A stretch of DNA of 50,332 nt from Eledone cirrhosa. Taxonomy: Eukaryota. Position numbers and translations under genes: made by a program. Below are positions 21,901-33,717 of the stretch, piece by piece (position 1 is the stretch's first letter; each line of letters opens with the position of its first letter). The notes under the pieces are model-generated. The model saw only the letters and a list, made by a program, of their open reading frames with translations. It did no database searches and was not told where the DNA came from. The stretch covers positions 1 to 50,332 of the forward strand of contig CAXHJY010001443.1 in NCBI GenBank assembly GCA_964016885.1, in the 5' to 3' direction.

Positions 21901-21975
21901 CACGAGGGAAACCTAAGGGCAGCAGCAACAAACTCCCTCCTACACCAGTGGCCAACCTATACAGGCTGGAGATAA
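18934..21975 (+). CDS. LINE ORF2: APE endonuclease + reverse transcriptase (CR1 group), intact 1013 aa
   Basis: LLNVRGL, LTETHL, YRPP, LGDFN, SDH; NYRPVSL, QHGFR, YLDFAKAFD, GVPQG, YADD; C-terminal LYSLERRRER..FNRLP..FKKHLD..IPDEP. Confidence 0.96.
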   Translation: MTAADTRPGVIPTAITGTPKVTPVLLLNVRGLVKLSNMSKISYLGDLAISNQALCMALTETHLTSSIADAEIHIPKYTVFRSDRKERTHGGVALYIREDVTPIVLLTHSNSVCDTLIIHMKQLQTVICVTYRPPDAPSHEGKFEDSLSRIEEVLDKLDQGLNILLLGDFNLPKVKWPEGHLLPGMTSIEQRQTESLLALTHRLFMEQAILLPTRGENVLDLCFTNNEVLIHNVKVTPTILSDHNLVELMICGPREPTETKPPRSSGTLSSLNFYGADWKKIKSEIRKQTWSANIATQDTNTQFQHFMTTIHTICKKCVPEKEANRHKNLIPRDRKILMRRRTKLSNQLNSQQNQNKKESYLKRALLDTEIAIKLSHENERARKENRAIENIKTDPKAFFKFAKETASVHCKIGPLFHTDGSLTENPQEICEILNEQYKSVFTCPLRHMQITKPEEFFDATTLHQEMATINHIDITEEDVVYAIDEIRTDSAAGPDGFPAVLLKICKRALATPLKMLFRSSLASGVLPRELKEGTICPIHKGGSRAEAKNYRPVSLTSHISKVMERVVRKKLITFLEENDRLTSTQHGFRPGRSCLTQLLHHYDWVLRQLLDSSHVDVIYLDFAKAFDKVDHGMICHKLHGLGITGKVGEWLHGFLRDRSQAVAANGALSRETPITSGVPQGTVLGPLLFLVALSDMPSVVHATTSLTSYADDTKVAQAIKNPADAALLQQDLDAIYRWAEENNMQFNAGKFQALQYKPANTNTNIAEHSYTGPGGTDIPVSKSIRDLGIDMSDDASFSSHIMKVATACRRFAGWILRTFLTRDRDTMLTLWRTFVLSRLDYCSQLWSPHSVKLTTELEAIQRSYTKRIAKMRETSYWERLKELNLYSLERRRERYAVVYMWKILEGLAPNFGIGSWTNRRTGRHCLVPKVPSSTSRIRSRYCNSLGFKGSQLFNRLPRHLRDLHDVEVDVFKKHLDTLLSRIPDEPTARHEGNLRAAATNSLLHQWPTYTGWR

Positions 21976-22049
21976 AATGTGTAGCAACAAGGGCGGTGCC
22001 CCAGCATGGCCTCAGCCGGATGGCTGAAACAGGTAAAAGAGTAAAAGAG

Positions 22050-22111
<62 letters not shown>

Positions 22112-22322
22112 TTAGTTAGTATTAGTTATACTATTTATGGTTATGTAAACACAAAACCTTAAGCAGTTGTAAGTATTTTACACACACCCTAAATAGTGGT
22201 AGGCAGTAATGTATTACTACCTTATTACCAGTAAGTTAAGTAGCTCAATGTAAAGACATCAGATGATTTACAGAGCAGTTATATGAAATATAAGAATCAA
22301 AGAACTGTTCAAAACATTATTG

Positions 22323-22369
22323 TGCTTACAGCTGTTTCCTCCAAACCGAGGTTTGGATTCTTCGGAGCA
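22323..22369 (-). ncRNA. Minimal type I hammerhead, family B (CCGAAGA core variant)
   Basis: TGCT-CCGAAGA-A-TCCAAACC-TC-GGTTTGGA-G-GAAAC-AGCT-GTA-AGCA. Confidence 0.72.
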
Positions 22370-23812
22370 ATTTATTAATGCATGGACAGTTATATGACCT
22401 CCTTTTCAGCCGAGAGACATACCAAATACATATTCAAACATTGATACATATTCAAACATTGTGGGTCAACATTCATTACAGAATTTAGAGTGGCTGTACA
22501 CACTTCGAGATTACATTTATATTAATAGGTACAATCAAAAATCAAAGATATAGGTTAAAGTACAACATGAAGATAAGTGGTTATATAGTGCAAATGTTAT
22601 ATGTGTGGCACGCATGTGCGTCTTGTTTATATAGTGTGGCAGAGAGATATGTGTGGTAGAGGCACTTAGGTAGGTAAATAAGAGTGTTAGGTTGGTAGGT
22701 CTGGTGGCAAAGTCTTTATATGATTGATATAGTCTGTGTGTGGAGAAATATTATAAGCATTAAAGATAGTGCAAGCATTAAAAGTGTTATAAGTATTGGA
22801 GATGCACAGCGCAGGGATGTCAAGTAATTCATGTACTTCGGCATTTTCATGGTCAAGGGAGTGTATATTTCGATTATATGCCTTTCACATAATCCACGAC
22901 AATCCAGTTAGAGATCGTAGTCTGGTGTTCTTTAGTTCGATACAGGAGGTTGTTACGTTTCGAGAAACGCCATTGAATACCGGAAGTGTGTGTGTGGCTA
23001 AGGGGAGTTAATGCATGCGGGGAGGTAACTCTGGGGTTTCTATATCTAGCCATTAAAATGTGTCCCAATATAGACCCTAAATTCTATGGTGAGGTGCACC
23101 TTCCAAGAGAGACTTTTAAAGCATAAAGTGTACTAACTATAGAGTAGTTTAACTAAATTATGCTGAAGGTGATCATATTATTATTAAGGTGGATTAACCC
23201 ATCTTAAGGTGCTACAAATGGAAATTATAGATGATGAGCGAGGATTCTAAATTAATGATCTCTGTGGTTGTAGTCTGCTCATATGACCAGGCGCGGTGAT
23301 TGCAGGATTGCTTCAGGACCCAATGATCTCTGGTAAGATCTGGGTCATCGCTTGCTACATTGGATGTCGAAAGATAATCGTCCCCAGGCAGGCCAAAGGT
23401 CAATCCGCAGTCCTCGCGACCCCTCTCTGACCGTCAGATCATCCATATACGTACAACCCGCACGGCAGTTGCATTGCATTCACTCACTGCGCTCAGCAGC
23501 CCGGTCCTACTGGTCAACAGCGCTACTCGATTAAATCATTTTACATCTGTCTAAGGAAGGTGTTTCCTCTGCCCAACACCATCCAACCGATCAATTCATG
23601 CTCAAATTACCCTTAGAGCGGTGTAGTGCCATCAAGTGGGTGGATGTTGTCACACCTGCCGTAGAGGTATAAATGGGTATTTTCCCTGCGAAGGGTTCCA
23701 GAGGGATGTCGTTGTTTGTGTTATAATGGATCAGCTAGTGTTGGGTATGTAGTATAGGGTGTGTTTCTGGTGTTTGATGCTAGATGTGGTGTTAGGTTCC
23801 AGTCCGACATTG

Positions 23813-24515
23813 CTATATATAGGGCTTAAAGTTTTGGAAGGAATGTCTGAGGCGGTGCTGGCAAGTTGCAAACACCTCAGATTTTTTGTTAAGTAGGTTA
23901 CGGTTGGAGAAGATAATATTGTGTGTCTCTAGTATACAGAGGTTACAGAATTTATTAGGTGGTTTGTACGAGGTCGCGCTGCCTATCACTTCCCATTTGA
24001 GTGTGTATGGTTTATTTTTAGATTTTAGATAGTGTATGTAGCTAGAAAGTGAGGTGGAGTTGGCTAGGCTGTGCTTTTTGAACGAGTGGATGTGCGAGTT
24101 ATATCTGATTTTGAAGCAGTTAGAAGTGGAGCCTACATAGGTTTCTGAAGAGTTATTAGTCGTGACTGTGCATGAGTATATGACATCCTTGGTTAGGCAT
24201 TTTTTATCTAAAGGGCAGGTTCTATTAGCTCTACAGTTACAATTATTCTGTGCGTTAGTCCGCTGGTTATAATGCAATGCGGAAGTCTGTGTGGTGGATA
24301 TAGGATTTTGGGTGTTCGGGTTGGCAACCCTGGTGTTATTACTTATACTAGTGTTATTTCTATTGTTACTGCCGTTGCTATTGTTGCTTGCTACAGTGGT
24401 ATTTAGAGGGTTTGCATCCTGTTGTGATTTTGTTTGTTGGAAGTAAGAACTAATTTTACTATTATTGCTGCTAGCTATGTGGTATGCTAAGTTAGGCGTC
24501 GTAGAGTATGAGATT
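23813..24515 (-). pseudogene. PLE GIY-YIG endonuclease C-terminal fragment
   Basis: KISYSTTPN.. then CNCRANRTCPLDKKCL..VIY..YVGST..FKIRY..H..SF..CNLC..E..LLNKKSE..CQH; homologous to the 9450-10050 region. Confidence 0.9.
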
Positions 24516-24827
24516 TTATTTACCTACCTAAGTGCCTCTACCACACATATCTCTCTGCCACACTATATAAACAAGACGCACATGCGTGCCACACATATAA
24601 CATTTGCACTATATAACCACTTATCTTCATGTTGTACTTTAACCTATATCTTTGATTTTTGATTGTACCTATTAATATAAATGTAATCTCGAAGTGTGTA
24701 CAGCCACTCTAAATTCTGTAATGAATGTTGACCCACAATGTTTGAATATGTATCAATGTTTGAATATGTATTTGGTATGTCTCTCGGCTGAAAAGGAGGT
24801 CATATAACTGTCCATGCATTAATAAAT

Positions 24828-24871
24828 TGCTCCGAAGAATCCAAACCTCGGTTTGGAAACAGCTGTAAGCA
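24828..24871 (+). ncRNA. Hammerhead family B copy in inverted pLTR (3-nt deletion at the base of stem II)
   Basis: tgct CCGAAGA atccaaacctcggtttg GAAAC agct GTA agca. Confidence 0.62.
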
Positions 24872-24940
24872 CAATAATGTTTTGAACAGTTCTTTGATTG
24901 ATTCTATATTTCATATATATATATATATATTATATATATA

Positions 24941-25036
<96 letters not shown>

Positions 25037-25159
25037 TTATATATATATTTATATATATTATTTATATATATTTATATATATATTTATATATTTATATATA
25101 TTTATATATATATTTATATATATTTATATATATTTATATTATATATATTTATATATATT

Positions 25160-25190
<31 letters not shown>

Positions 25191-25252
25191 TTATATATAT
25201 ATTATATATATTTATATATATTTATATATATTATATATATATTTATATATAT

Positions 25253-25315
<63 letters not shown>

Positions 25316-25316
25316 T

Positions 25317-25457
<141 letters not shown>

Positions 25458-25509
25458 TTATATATATTTATATATATTTATATATATTTATATATATTTA
25501 TATATATTA

Positions 25510-25547
<38 letters not shown>

Positions 25548-25636
25548 TTATATATATATATATTTATATATATATTTATATATATTTATATATATATATA
25601 TTTATATATATATATTTATATATATATATACATATT

Positions 25637-25687
<51 letters not shown>

Positions 25688-25748
25688 ACATATTTATATA
25701 TATATATTTATATTTATATATATATATACATATTTATATATATATATT

Positions 25749-25779
<31 letters not shown>

Positions 25780-25806
25780 ACATATTTATATATATATATA
25801 CATATT

Positions 25807-25838
<32 letters not shown>

Positions 25839-25844
25839 CATATT

Positions 25845-25919
<75 letters not shown>

Positions 25920-25926
25920 ACATATT

Positions 25927-26001
<75 letters not shown>

Positions 26002-26002
26002 T

Positions 26003-26097
<95 letters not shown>

Positions 26098-26098
26098 T

Positions 26099-26129
<31 letters not shown>

Positions 26130-26166
26130 ATTTATAAATATATATATATATATATTTATATATATT

Positions 26167-26239
<73 letters not shown>

Positions 26240-26245
26240 AGATGA

Positions 26246-26294
26246 GATTCTACAGGACTAGAACTGTTTCATTCATTAGAAATCATCAGGAATC
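26246..26294 (-). ncRNA. Type I hammerhead, family C, isolated in (TA)n
   Basis: GATTC-CTGATGA-T-TTC-TAAT-GAA-T-GAAA-CAG-TTCTAGTC-CTG-TA-GAATC. Confidence 0.8.
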
Positions 26295-26303
26295 ATATAT
26301 ATT

Positions 26304-26334
<31 letters not shown>

Positions 26335-26492
26335 ATATTTATATATATATACATATTTATATATATATATATACATATTTATATATATATACATATATTT
26401 ATATATATATATATATAATATATATATTATATATATATACATATATATTTATATACATATATATTTATATATATATATATATAATATATATT

Positions 26493-26666
<174 letters not shown>

Positions 26667-26708
26667 TATATATATTTATATATATATTTATATATATTTA
26701 TATATATT

Positions 26709-26739
<31 letters not shown>

Positions 26740-26794
26740 TTATATATATATTTATATATATTTATATATATATTTATATATATTTATATATATT

Positions 26795-26825
<31 letters not shown>

Positions 26826-26826
26826 T

Positions 26827-26889
<63 letters not shown>

Positions 26890-26890
26890 T

Positions 26891-27023
<133 letters not shown>

Positions 27024-27065
27024 TTATATATATTTATATATATTTATATATATATATATATATTA

Positions 27066-27129
<64 letters not shown>

Positions 27130-27190
27130 TTATATATATTTATATATATATATATTTATATATATATATTTATATATATATATACATATT

Positions 27191-27241
<51 letters not shown>

Positions 27242-27302
27242 ACATATTTATATATATATATTTATATTTATATATATATATACATATTTATATATATATA
27301 TT

Positions 27303-27333
<31 letters not shown>

Positions 27334-27360
27334 ACATATTTATATATATATATACATATT

Positions 27361-27392
<32 letters not shown>

Positions 27393-27398
27393 CATATT

Positions 27399-27473
<75 letters not shown>

Positions 27474-27480
27474 ACATATT

Positions 27481-27557
<77 letters not shown>

Positions 27558-27558
27558 T

Positions 27559-27591
<33 letters not shown>

Positions 27592-27592
27592 T

Positions 27593-27645
<53 letters not shown>

Positions 27646-27646
27646 T

Positions 27647-27677
<31 letters not shown>

Positions 27678-27714
27678 ATTTATAAATATATATATATATA
27701 TATTTATATATATT

Positions 27715-27785
<71 letters not shown>

Positions 27786-27791
27786 AGATGA

Positions 27792-27840
27792 GATTCTACA
27801 GGACTAGAACTGTTTCATTCATTAGAAATCATCAGGAATC
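27792..27840 (-). ncRNA. Type I hammerhead, family C, identical second copy
   Basis: Identical to 26246-26294. Confidence 0.8.
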
Positions 27841-27849
27841 ATATATATT

Positions 27850-27880
<31 letters not shown>

Positions 27881-27903
27881 ATATTTATATATATATACAT
27901 ATT

Positions 27904-27934
<31 letters not shown>

Positions 27935-28075
27935 ATACATATTTATATATATATACATATATTTATATATATATATATACATATTTATATATATATACAT
28001 ATATATTTATATATACATATATATTTATATATATATATATATAATATATATTTATATATATATATATATAATATA

Positions 28076-28122
<47 letters not shown>

Positions 28123-28206
28123 ACATATATATTTATATATATATATATACATATATATTTATATACGATATTAAACAAATGGAAACTATATTTATAAAAC
28201 CATATT

Positions 28207-28272
28207 TATTTCATTATACATATTTCAGAGATACCATATTAAAAATATGGCATGCCTTCGTCAGATAAAATA
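28207..28272 (-). ncRNA. Type I hammerhead, family D
   Basis: TATTTTAT-CTGACGA-AGGC-ATGCCATATT-TTT-AATATGGTAT-CTCT-GAAA-TATGTA-TA-ATGAAATA. Confidence 0.75.
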
Positions 28273-28645
28273 CAATATATAAACAGTTTTATAAATAATT
28301 TTGACGTACCATAAATATAAGCGACCATTAAGGTAGGAAGCTGGCTTGGTAGTGAAGTGTTTATAATTATTTAGTTATAGTGTTAAGCACAGTTAGAAAG
28401 AAAGACGGAGAGAAAGAAGAAATGTATGTAAAGAAAGACAGAGAGAAATAGAGAGAAATAGGGGAGAGAGAAAGGAGATGGAGGTGGAAAAAGAGGCAAC
28501 CGAAGGCAACAGATGAATAATAATAATTCACCATACAAATAGAGAGATTTAAGGGAGAGGGAGTACAGTAATTATTTAGTTATAGTGTTAAGCACAGTTA
28601 TAGAAGAGACGGAGAGAAAGAAAAAAATGGAGATGAAGAGAAAAC

Positions 28646-28708
<63 letters not shown>

Positions 28709-29054
28709 AGGAAAAGAAAGAGGGAGAAAAAATAATAATAATTATATAAGGAGAGGTGAAAACCAAGAGAGAAATACGAGAGAGACATGAGAGGCAAAAT
28801 CAAAGCGACAGATACATAAATTATTATTATTCATCTGTTGCCTCTCTTTTTCCACCTCCTCCTCCTTTCTCTCTCCCCTATTTCACTCTATTTTTCTCTG
28901 TCTTTCTTTACATACATTTCTTCTTTCTTTCTAACTGTGCTTAACACTATAACTAAATAATTATAAACACTTCACTACCAAGCCAGCTTCCTACCTTAAT
29001 GGTCGCTTATATTTATGGTACGTCAAAATTATTTATAAAACTGTTTATATATTG

Positions 29055-29120
29055 TATTTTATCTGACGAATGCATGCCATATTGTTAATATGGTATCCCT
29101 GAAATATGTATAATGAAATA
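29055..29120 (+). ncRNA. Type I hammerhead, family D copy
   Basis: tattttat CTGACGA (29063) hairpin GAAA (29101) tatgta TA atgaaata. Confidence 0.72.
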
Positions 29121-29326
29121 AATATGGTTTTATAAATATAGTTTCCATTTGTTTAATATCGTATATCTACTCCAAAAACTTGTCGAGTACTTTATATCGG
29201 TTATAAAATATTTACTTGTTGTAACCCAACAATTTTAAATAAAACTTTTGCATATAATTATATATATATATATATACATATATACATATATATATATACA
29301 TATATATATATATACATATATATATA

Positions 29327-29393
29327 CATGATGGCTGCCCCCTCGTTATCGAGTATGGCCATTGCACAATAAAAAAAAAAAAAAAAAAAAAAA

Positions 29394-29438
<45 letters not shown>

Positions 29439-29470
29439 GAAAAAAAAAAAAAAAAAAAAAAAGGGAAAAG

Positions 29471-29503
<33 letters not shown>

Positions 29504-29623
29504 TATACATATATATATACATACACATATATATACACACACATACATACACATACATACATATATACACACACACATACATACACATACACTCACACAT
29601 ATATACACACATACATTAATAAC

Positions 29624-29663
<40 letters not shown>

Positions 29664-29742
29664 GCAATAATATTAATAACGACAACAACAACAATAATAT
29701 ACATATTCATATATATATACACACACACGCACGCACATAAGC

Positions 29743-29780
<38 letters not shown>

Positions 29781-32700
29781 GATAGCAACTAACAGTGCTG
29801 CGATCGAATGTGGCTTTTTAGCCCAGCCAATGATCTAAAATGTCTTGCACAGAGTCGGCAACCAAAACATTTACTGGGAATAGTCGGCTGTGGTTGGAGT
29901 TCGTGTACTTTTGCATGTCGCTTGAGTCCTCCTGCTGATTTACATTCTCTACCACATGTTTGGCAAGCATGATGAGTAGCATCTCCAACAGCAGCCTGGT
30001 AGTCAACCACTGGTCTTACTTTATGACTGCGAAGATGACTTTCGAGTCCAGCTTTGCTTAGGCAGAGTCTCGCACAGACGCTGCATGTCAGAAACATAGG
30101 AGGACCCTCGCCGTCTGGAAGTGCAACAGCAATACCCTTCCTCACGTCCCGCTTTACTTTCTCGTGTGCGATTCGAGATGCCTCAAAGGCAACTTTTCCC
30201 TCATATACAGTCTTTCTCCATTTATTACGATCAGCAGCAACATTTTCCCATGTATCAGCAGAGATGTTAGCGTCTCTCAGAGAGGCCTTCAAGGAATCCT
30301 TATACCTCTTTTTTGGTTTATGTGGCGGTCGTTTTCCTTTAACCAACTCTCCATAGAAGAGTTGTTTTGGTATTCTAGAATCCTTCATCCTGGCAAGGTG
30401 ACCACTCCAACGGAGTCGCTGCTTAAGCACAAGAGCTTCTATACTGTCACACATAGAGCTTTCCAAAATCTCGACATCACTGATGTGGTCCCTCCAGCGA
30501 ACGCCATGTATCCGTCTGAGACACATCTGATGGAAACGCTCCAATTGCCTAAGGTGGCGTCGATATGTGACCCAGGTCTCGCAGGCATAAAGAAGACAAG
30601 AGAGTACACATGCCCTGTACACCCTTACCTTTGTCCTCCTGCATATGTCTCGCCGACCCCAGAGTCGCCTTTCTAGCTTTCCGAAAGCATCACTTGCTTT
30701 CCTAATCCTAAGTGAGATTTCACTGTCAAGGTTGCCGTATCGATTGACAGTGCTTCCCAGGTAGACAAACTGATCAACCACTCCACTGCCTACCAGGTGC
30801 AGGTTGGTACATGACGACGGTTTTCTTGAGACTGACAGTCAAACCCAGGGCAGTGCAAGCGTCAGAAAATACATTCAAAATGTGCTGCATATCACTCTCT
30901 GTGTGCGCTACAAGATCGCAATCATCTGCATACAAGAGGTCTCTTATGACCGATGTAAATACCTTTGTCTTCGCAGCAAAGCGCCTGATGTTAAATATGC
31001 TGCCTGAGGTTCGATATCGGATGTAAACACCATGCTCGCAATTCCTGAATGCAACACAGAAAACCATTGCAAAGTATATGGCAAACAGGGTCGGTGCTGG
31101 AATATCCCCCTGTTTCACTCCATTTTTTACTGAGATAGGCTCCGACATGTTACCTCCGACATTAACCCAAGCCCTCATGTCGTCATGGAAAGACCTAACT
31201 AAAGCAAGGAACTTATCAGGGCAACCAAGTTTCTGGAGAATCTTCCATAATGCATCTCTGTTGACAGTATCGAAAGCCTTTGTCAGATCGACAAAAACCT
31301 GATACAGATCCAAGCCCTGTTCAATGCACTTCTCCTGGAGCTGTCTAGCTGAGAAGATCATATCAGTAGTGCCGCGTCCAACACGAAAACCAGATTGACT
31401 TTCAGGAAGGACACAATCTGCAATGTGTGTCAGCAGACGGTCCAGAAGCACCCTACATAAAACTTTCCCCACGACAGAAAGCAATGATATACCTCTGTAG
31501 TTCCCACAATCATTCCTGTTACCCTTTCCCTTGTACAAGACCACCATTACTGCATCTCTCCAGTCCTCAGGCACGGATTCATTAGCCCATATCCTTCCAA
31601 ACAGAGAGTGAAGATGTTGCAGGAGTCTCTCACCACCATATTGTAGGAGCTCAGCATGTATGCCATCCATACCTGGAGATCTTCCACTGTTCAGCTTCGA
31701 AATAGCCACTGCAACCTCCACAAGTGTCGGAGGTTCTGCGAGAGCTACTTTCACAGGACTTTCCGGAATGAGATTGAGGAAATCTTCACTGACGACAGAC
31801 GGCTGATTCAAAAGATCATCAAAGTGCTCTCGCCACCTTCGTAGAATTCCCTGTGAGTCACGAAGAAGTTCTTTGCCATCCCTGCTGCGAATCGGTGTCA
31901 CCAGAGAAGAAGACGGTCCATAAACCTCACGCAAGAGACTGTACAACAGCTTTGTGTTATTGCAATCAGACGCAGTTTGTATCTCACCAGCCTTCTCACT
32001 CCACCACTGATCCTTCATCTGAGAAAGACTCCGCCTAACACGTGATTTTACATCCCTGAGCTCCTCATGCAACGTATTCCTCTCCTGTGGTTTTGCCGTC
32101 AAGTAGCGTGACAGAGCACGCCTCTTATCAGCCAACAAGTCTTCTATATGTACATCATTCTCATTAAACCAGTCCTGATGTTTTCTCTGCACCAATCCCA
32201 GAACACGCCTGCCTACATCATAAACCGACTTTTTAAGGGTCGGCCAATCCTCACCAAGATCTGCAGCCTGCATCTCTTCTTCCAATGTCCTCTTCACATT
32301 TTTATCCTTAAGACGAGCAGCATTCAATCTTTTGGGCAGGGTAACACCAGGAGCCCGGATTTTACGTTTGGTGATTAGATTCACTTTTGCGCGCACCAGG
32401 CGGTGGTCCGTCCAGCACTCAGCTCCACGAAGAACACGAACACACTGCACATCCTGTCTGTCACGCATCCTGACTAGGACGTAGTCCAAAAGATGCCATT
32501 CCTTAGATGCAGGATGCATCCATGTGGTCTTGAATTTGTTCTTTTGTTGGAACATGGTGTTGGTAACACACAGATCTAGCTCCTCACACATCTGCAGCAA
32601 GAGCATACCATTGCTGTTACACTTTCCCACCCCATGCCTTCCGATTACATTCCATGTGTTAAAATCCCTACCCACTCTAGCATTAAAGTCACCAAGCACG

Positions 32701-33304
32701 ATGACTTTGTCTGCCTGAGGGATATTTCTTAAAACACCTTTCAAGGCATGGTAAAAGGACAGTTTTTCTTCATCGACAGAATTCATAGTTGGAGCATACA
32801 CACTCACCAGGGTAGCATATCTTCCCTTGTCCAGCGGAACTCTCATGGACATAAGACGCTCACTAATCCCCACTGGGAATTCTTCTAATTTATTCACCAG
32901 TACAGTCTTAACAGCAAATCCCACCCCAGCCTCTCTTCTGGTTCCTTCATCTCTTCCTTTCCAGAAGAATGTATATTCTCCACAAAATTCCGCAAGATGA
33001 CCATCTCCAGCTAACCTCGTCTCAGACAAAGCCACGATGTCAAGATCGTAACGTCGAAGCTCCTTCGCAACAAGAGCGGTCCTTCGTTCAGGACGCTCCA
33101 AAGAATCCCCGTCAAGCAGCGTCCGTACGTTCCAGCAGCCAAGACTAAATGCCCTGTTTGGCTCTATTACAATGGCACGATGACGGGCGGGCCCAGGTTG
33201 TGATAACTTGGGGCCCCTGCCCTTATTGCCAATGATCTCTTTTGTTCCAGAACCCAAATTGGCAATTATCTCGTTTACATTGTTCTGGAACATCATTGAA
33301 TTGG

Positions 33305-33337
<33 letters not shown>

Positions 33338-33342
33338 TAATA

Positions 33343-33380
<38 letters not shown>

Positions 33381-33681
33381 ACACTATTAATAATTATTAA
33401 TGCACTCGTGCAATGCCTGTGCGTGACGAATATTTTTAAAGTGAGGAAAGACTGTGCACTGAACCAATCCCACTCTCTGAGCGACAGTAGCTATAACCCG
33501 AAAAGAAGAAAAGATCAACATCATCGGTAACTACTGAGCCGCAGGTTTTATATCGGAGTTAACCCAGTTTCCTGAGATGCCTTCTCCTAGAAGAATACCC
33601 TGACATGGGCTAGGGGTTCTTCACTCCCAGTGGTTTAACTGCGCGATCGGGCATCCAGCCCGATTATTTCTATGTCCCCGC

Positions 33682-33683
<2 letters not shown>
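29327..33683 (-). mobile_element. RTE-clade LINE with 5' UTR (33400-33683) and 3' terminus (29327-29370); both UTRs interrupted by simple repeats
   Basis: APE-RT ORF; terminal GGCCATACTCGATAACGAGGGGGCAGCCATCATG hairpin motif shared with the 610-bp derivatives; 5' UTR aligns to them. Confidence 0.88.
29789..33296 (-). pseudogene. RTE APE-RT protein with 3 C-terminal C2H2 fingers; frameshifting deletion at ~30780
   Basis: GCWNVRTL, ALSETR, VYAPT, GDFNARVG, TDHRLV; NYRGISLL, FVDLTKAFD, GVKQG, LLYADD; FVYLGS, LRWSGH; CxxC..H..H three times. Confidence 0.95.

Positions 33684-33717
<34 letters not shown>

Larger units (their letters stand above)
17156..22052 (+). mobile_element. CR1-group LINE, apparently full length (5' boundary uncertain)
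   Basis: ORF1+ORF2, short 3' UTR with hairpin TCAGCC-GGAT-GGCTGA, tandem tail (GTAAAAGA)2, flanked by (TA)n on both sides. Confidence 0.85.
22108..24916 (-). mobile_element. 5'-truncated second Naiad-type PLE with inverted pLTR (22281-22682 vs 24515-24916)
   Basis: GIY-YIG ORF remnant, ~400-bp inverted repeats each carrying a hammerhead, (TA)n on both sides. Confidence 0.88.
28161..29260. mobile_element. Non-coding PLE-type fold-back island: inverted arms 28161-28528 and 28819-29166, right arm extended ~95 bp
   Basis: Arms are near-identical reverse complements, each with a hammerhead; GA-rich spacer containing a partial duplication (28568-28630). Confidence 0.75.
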
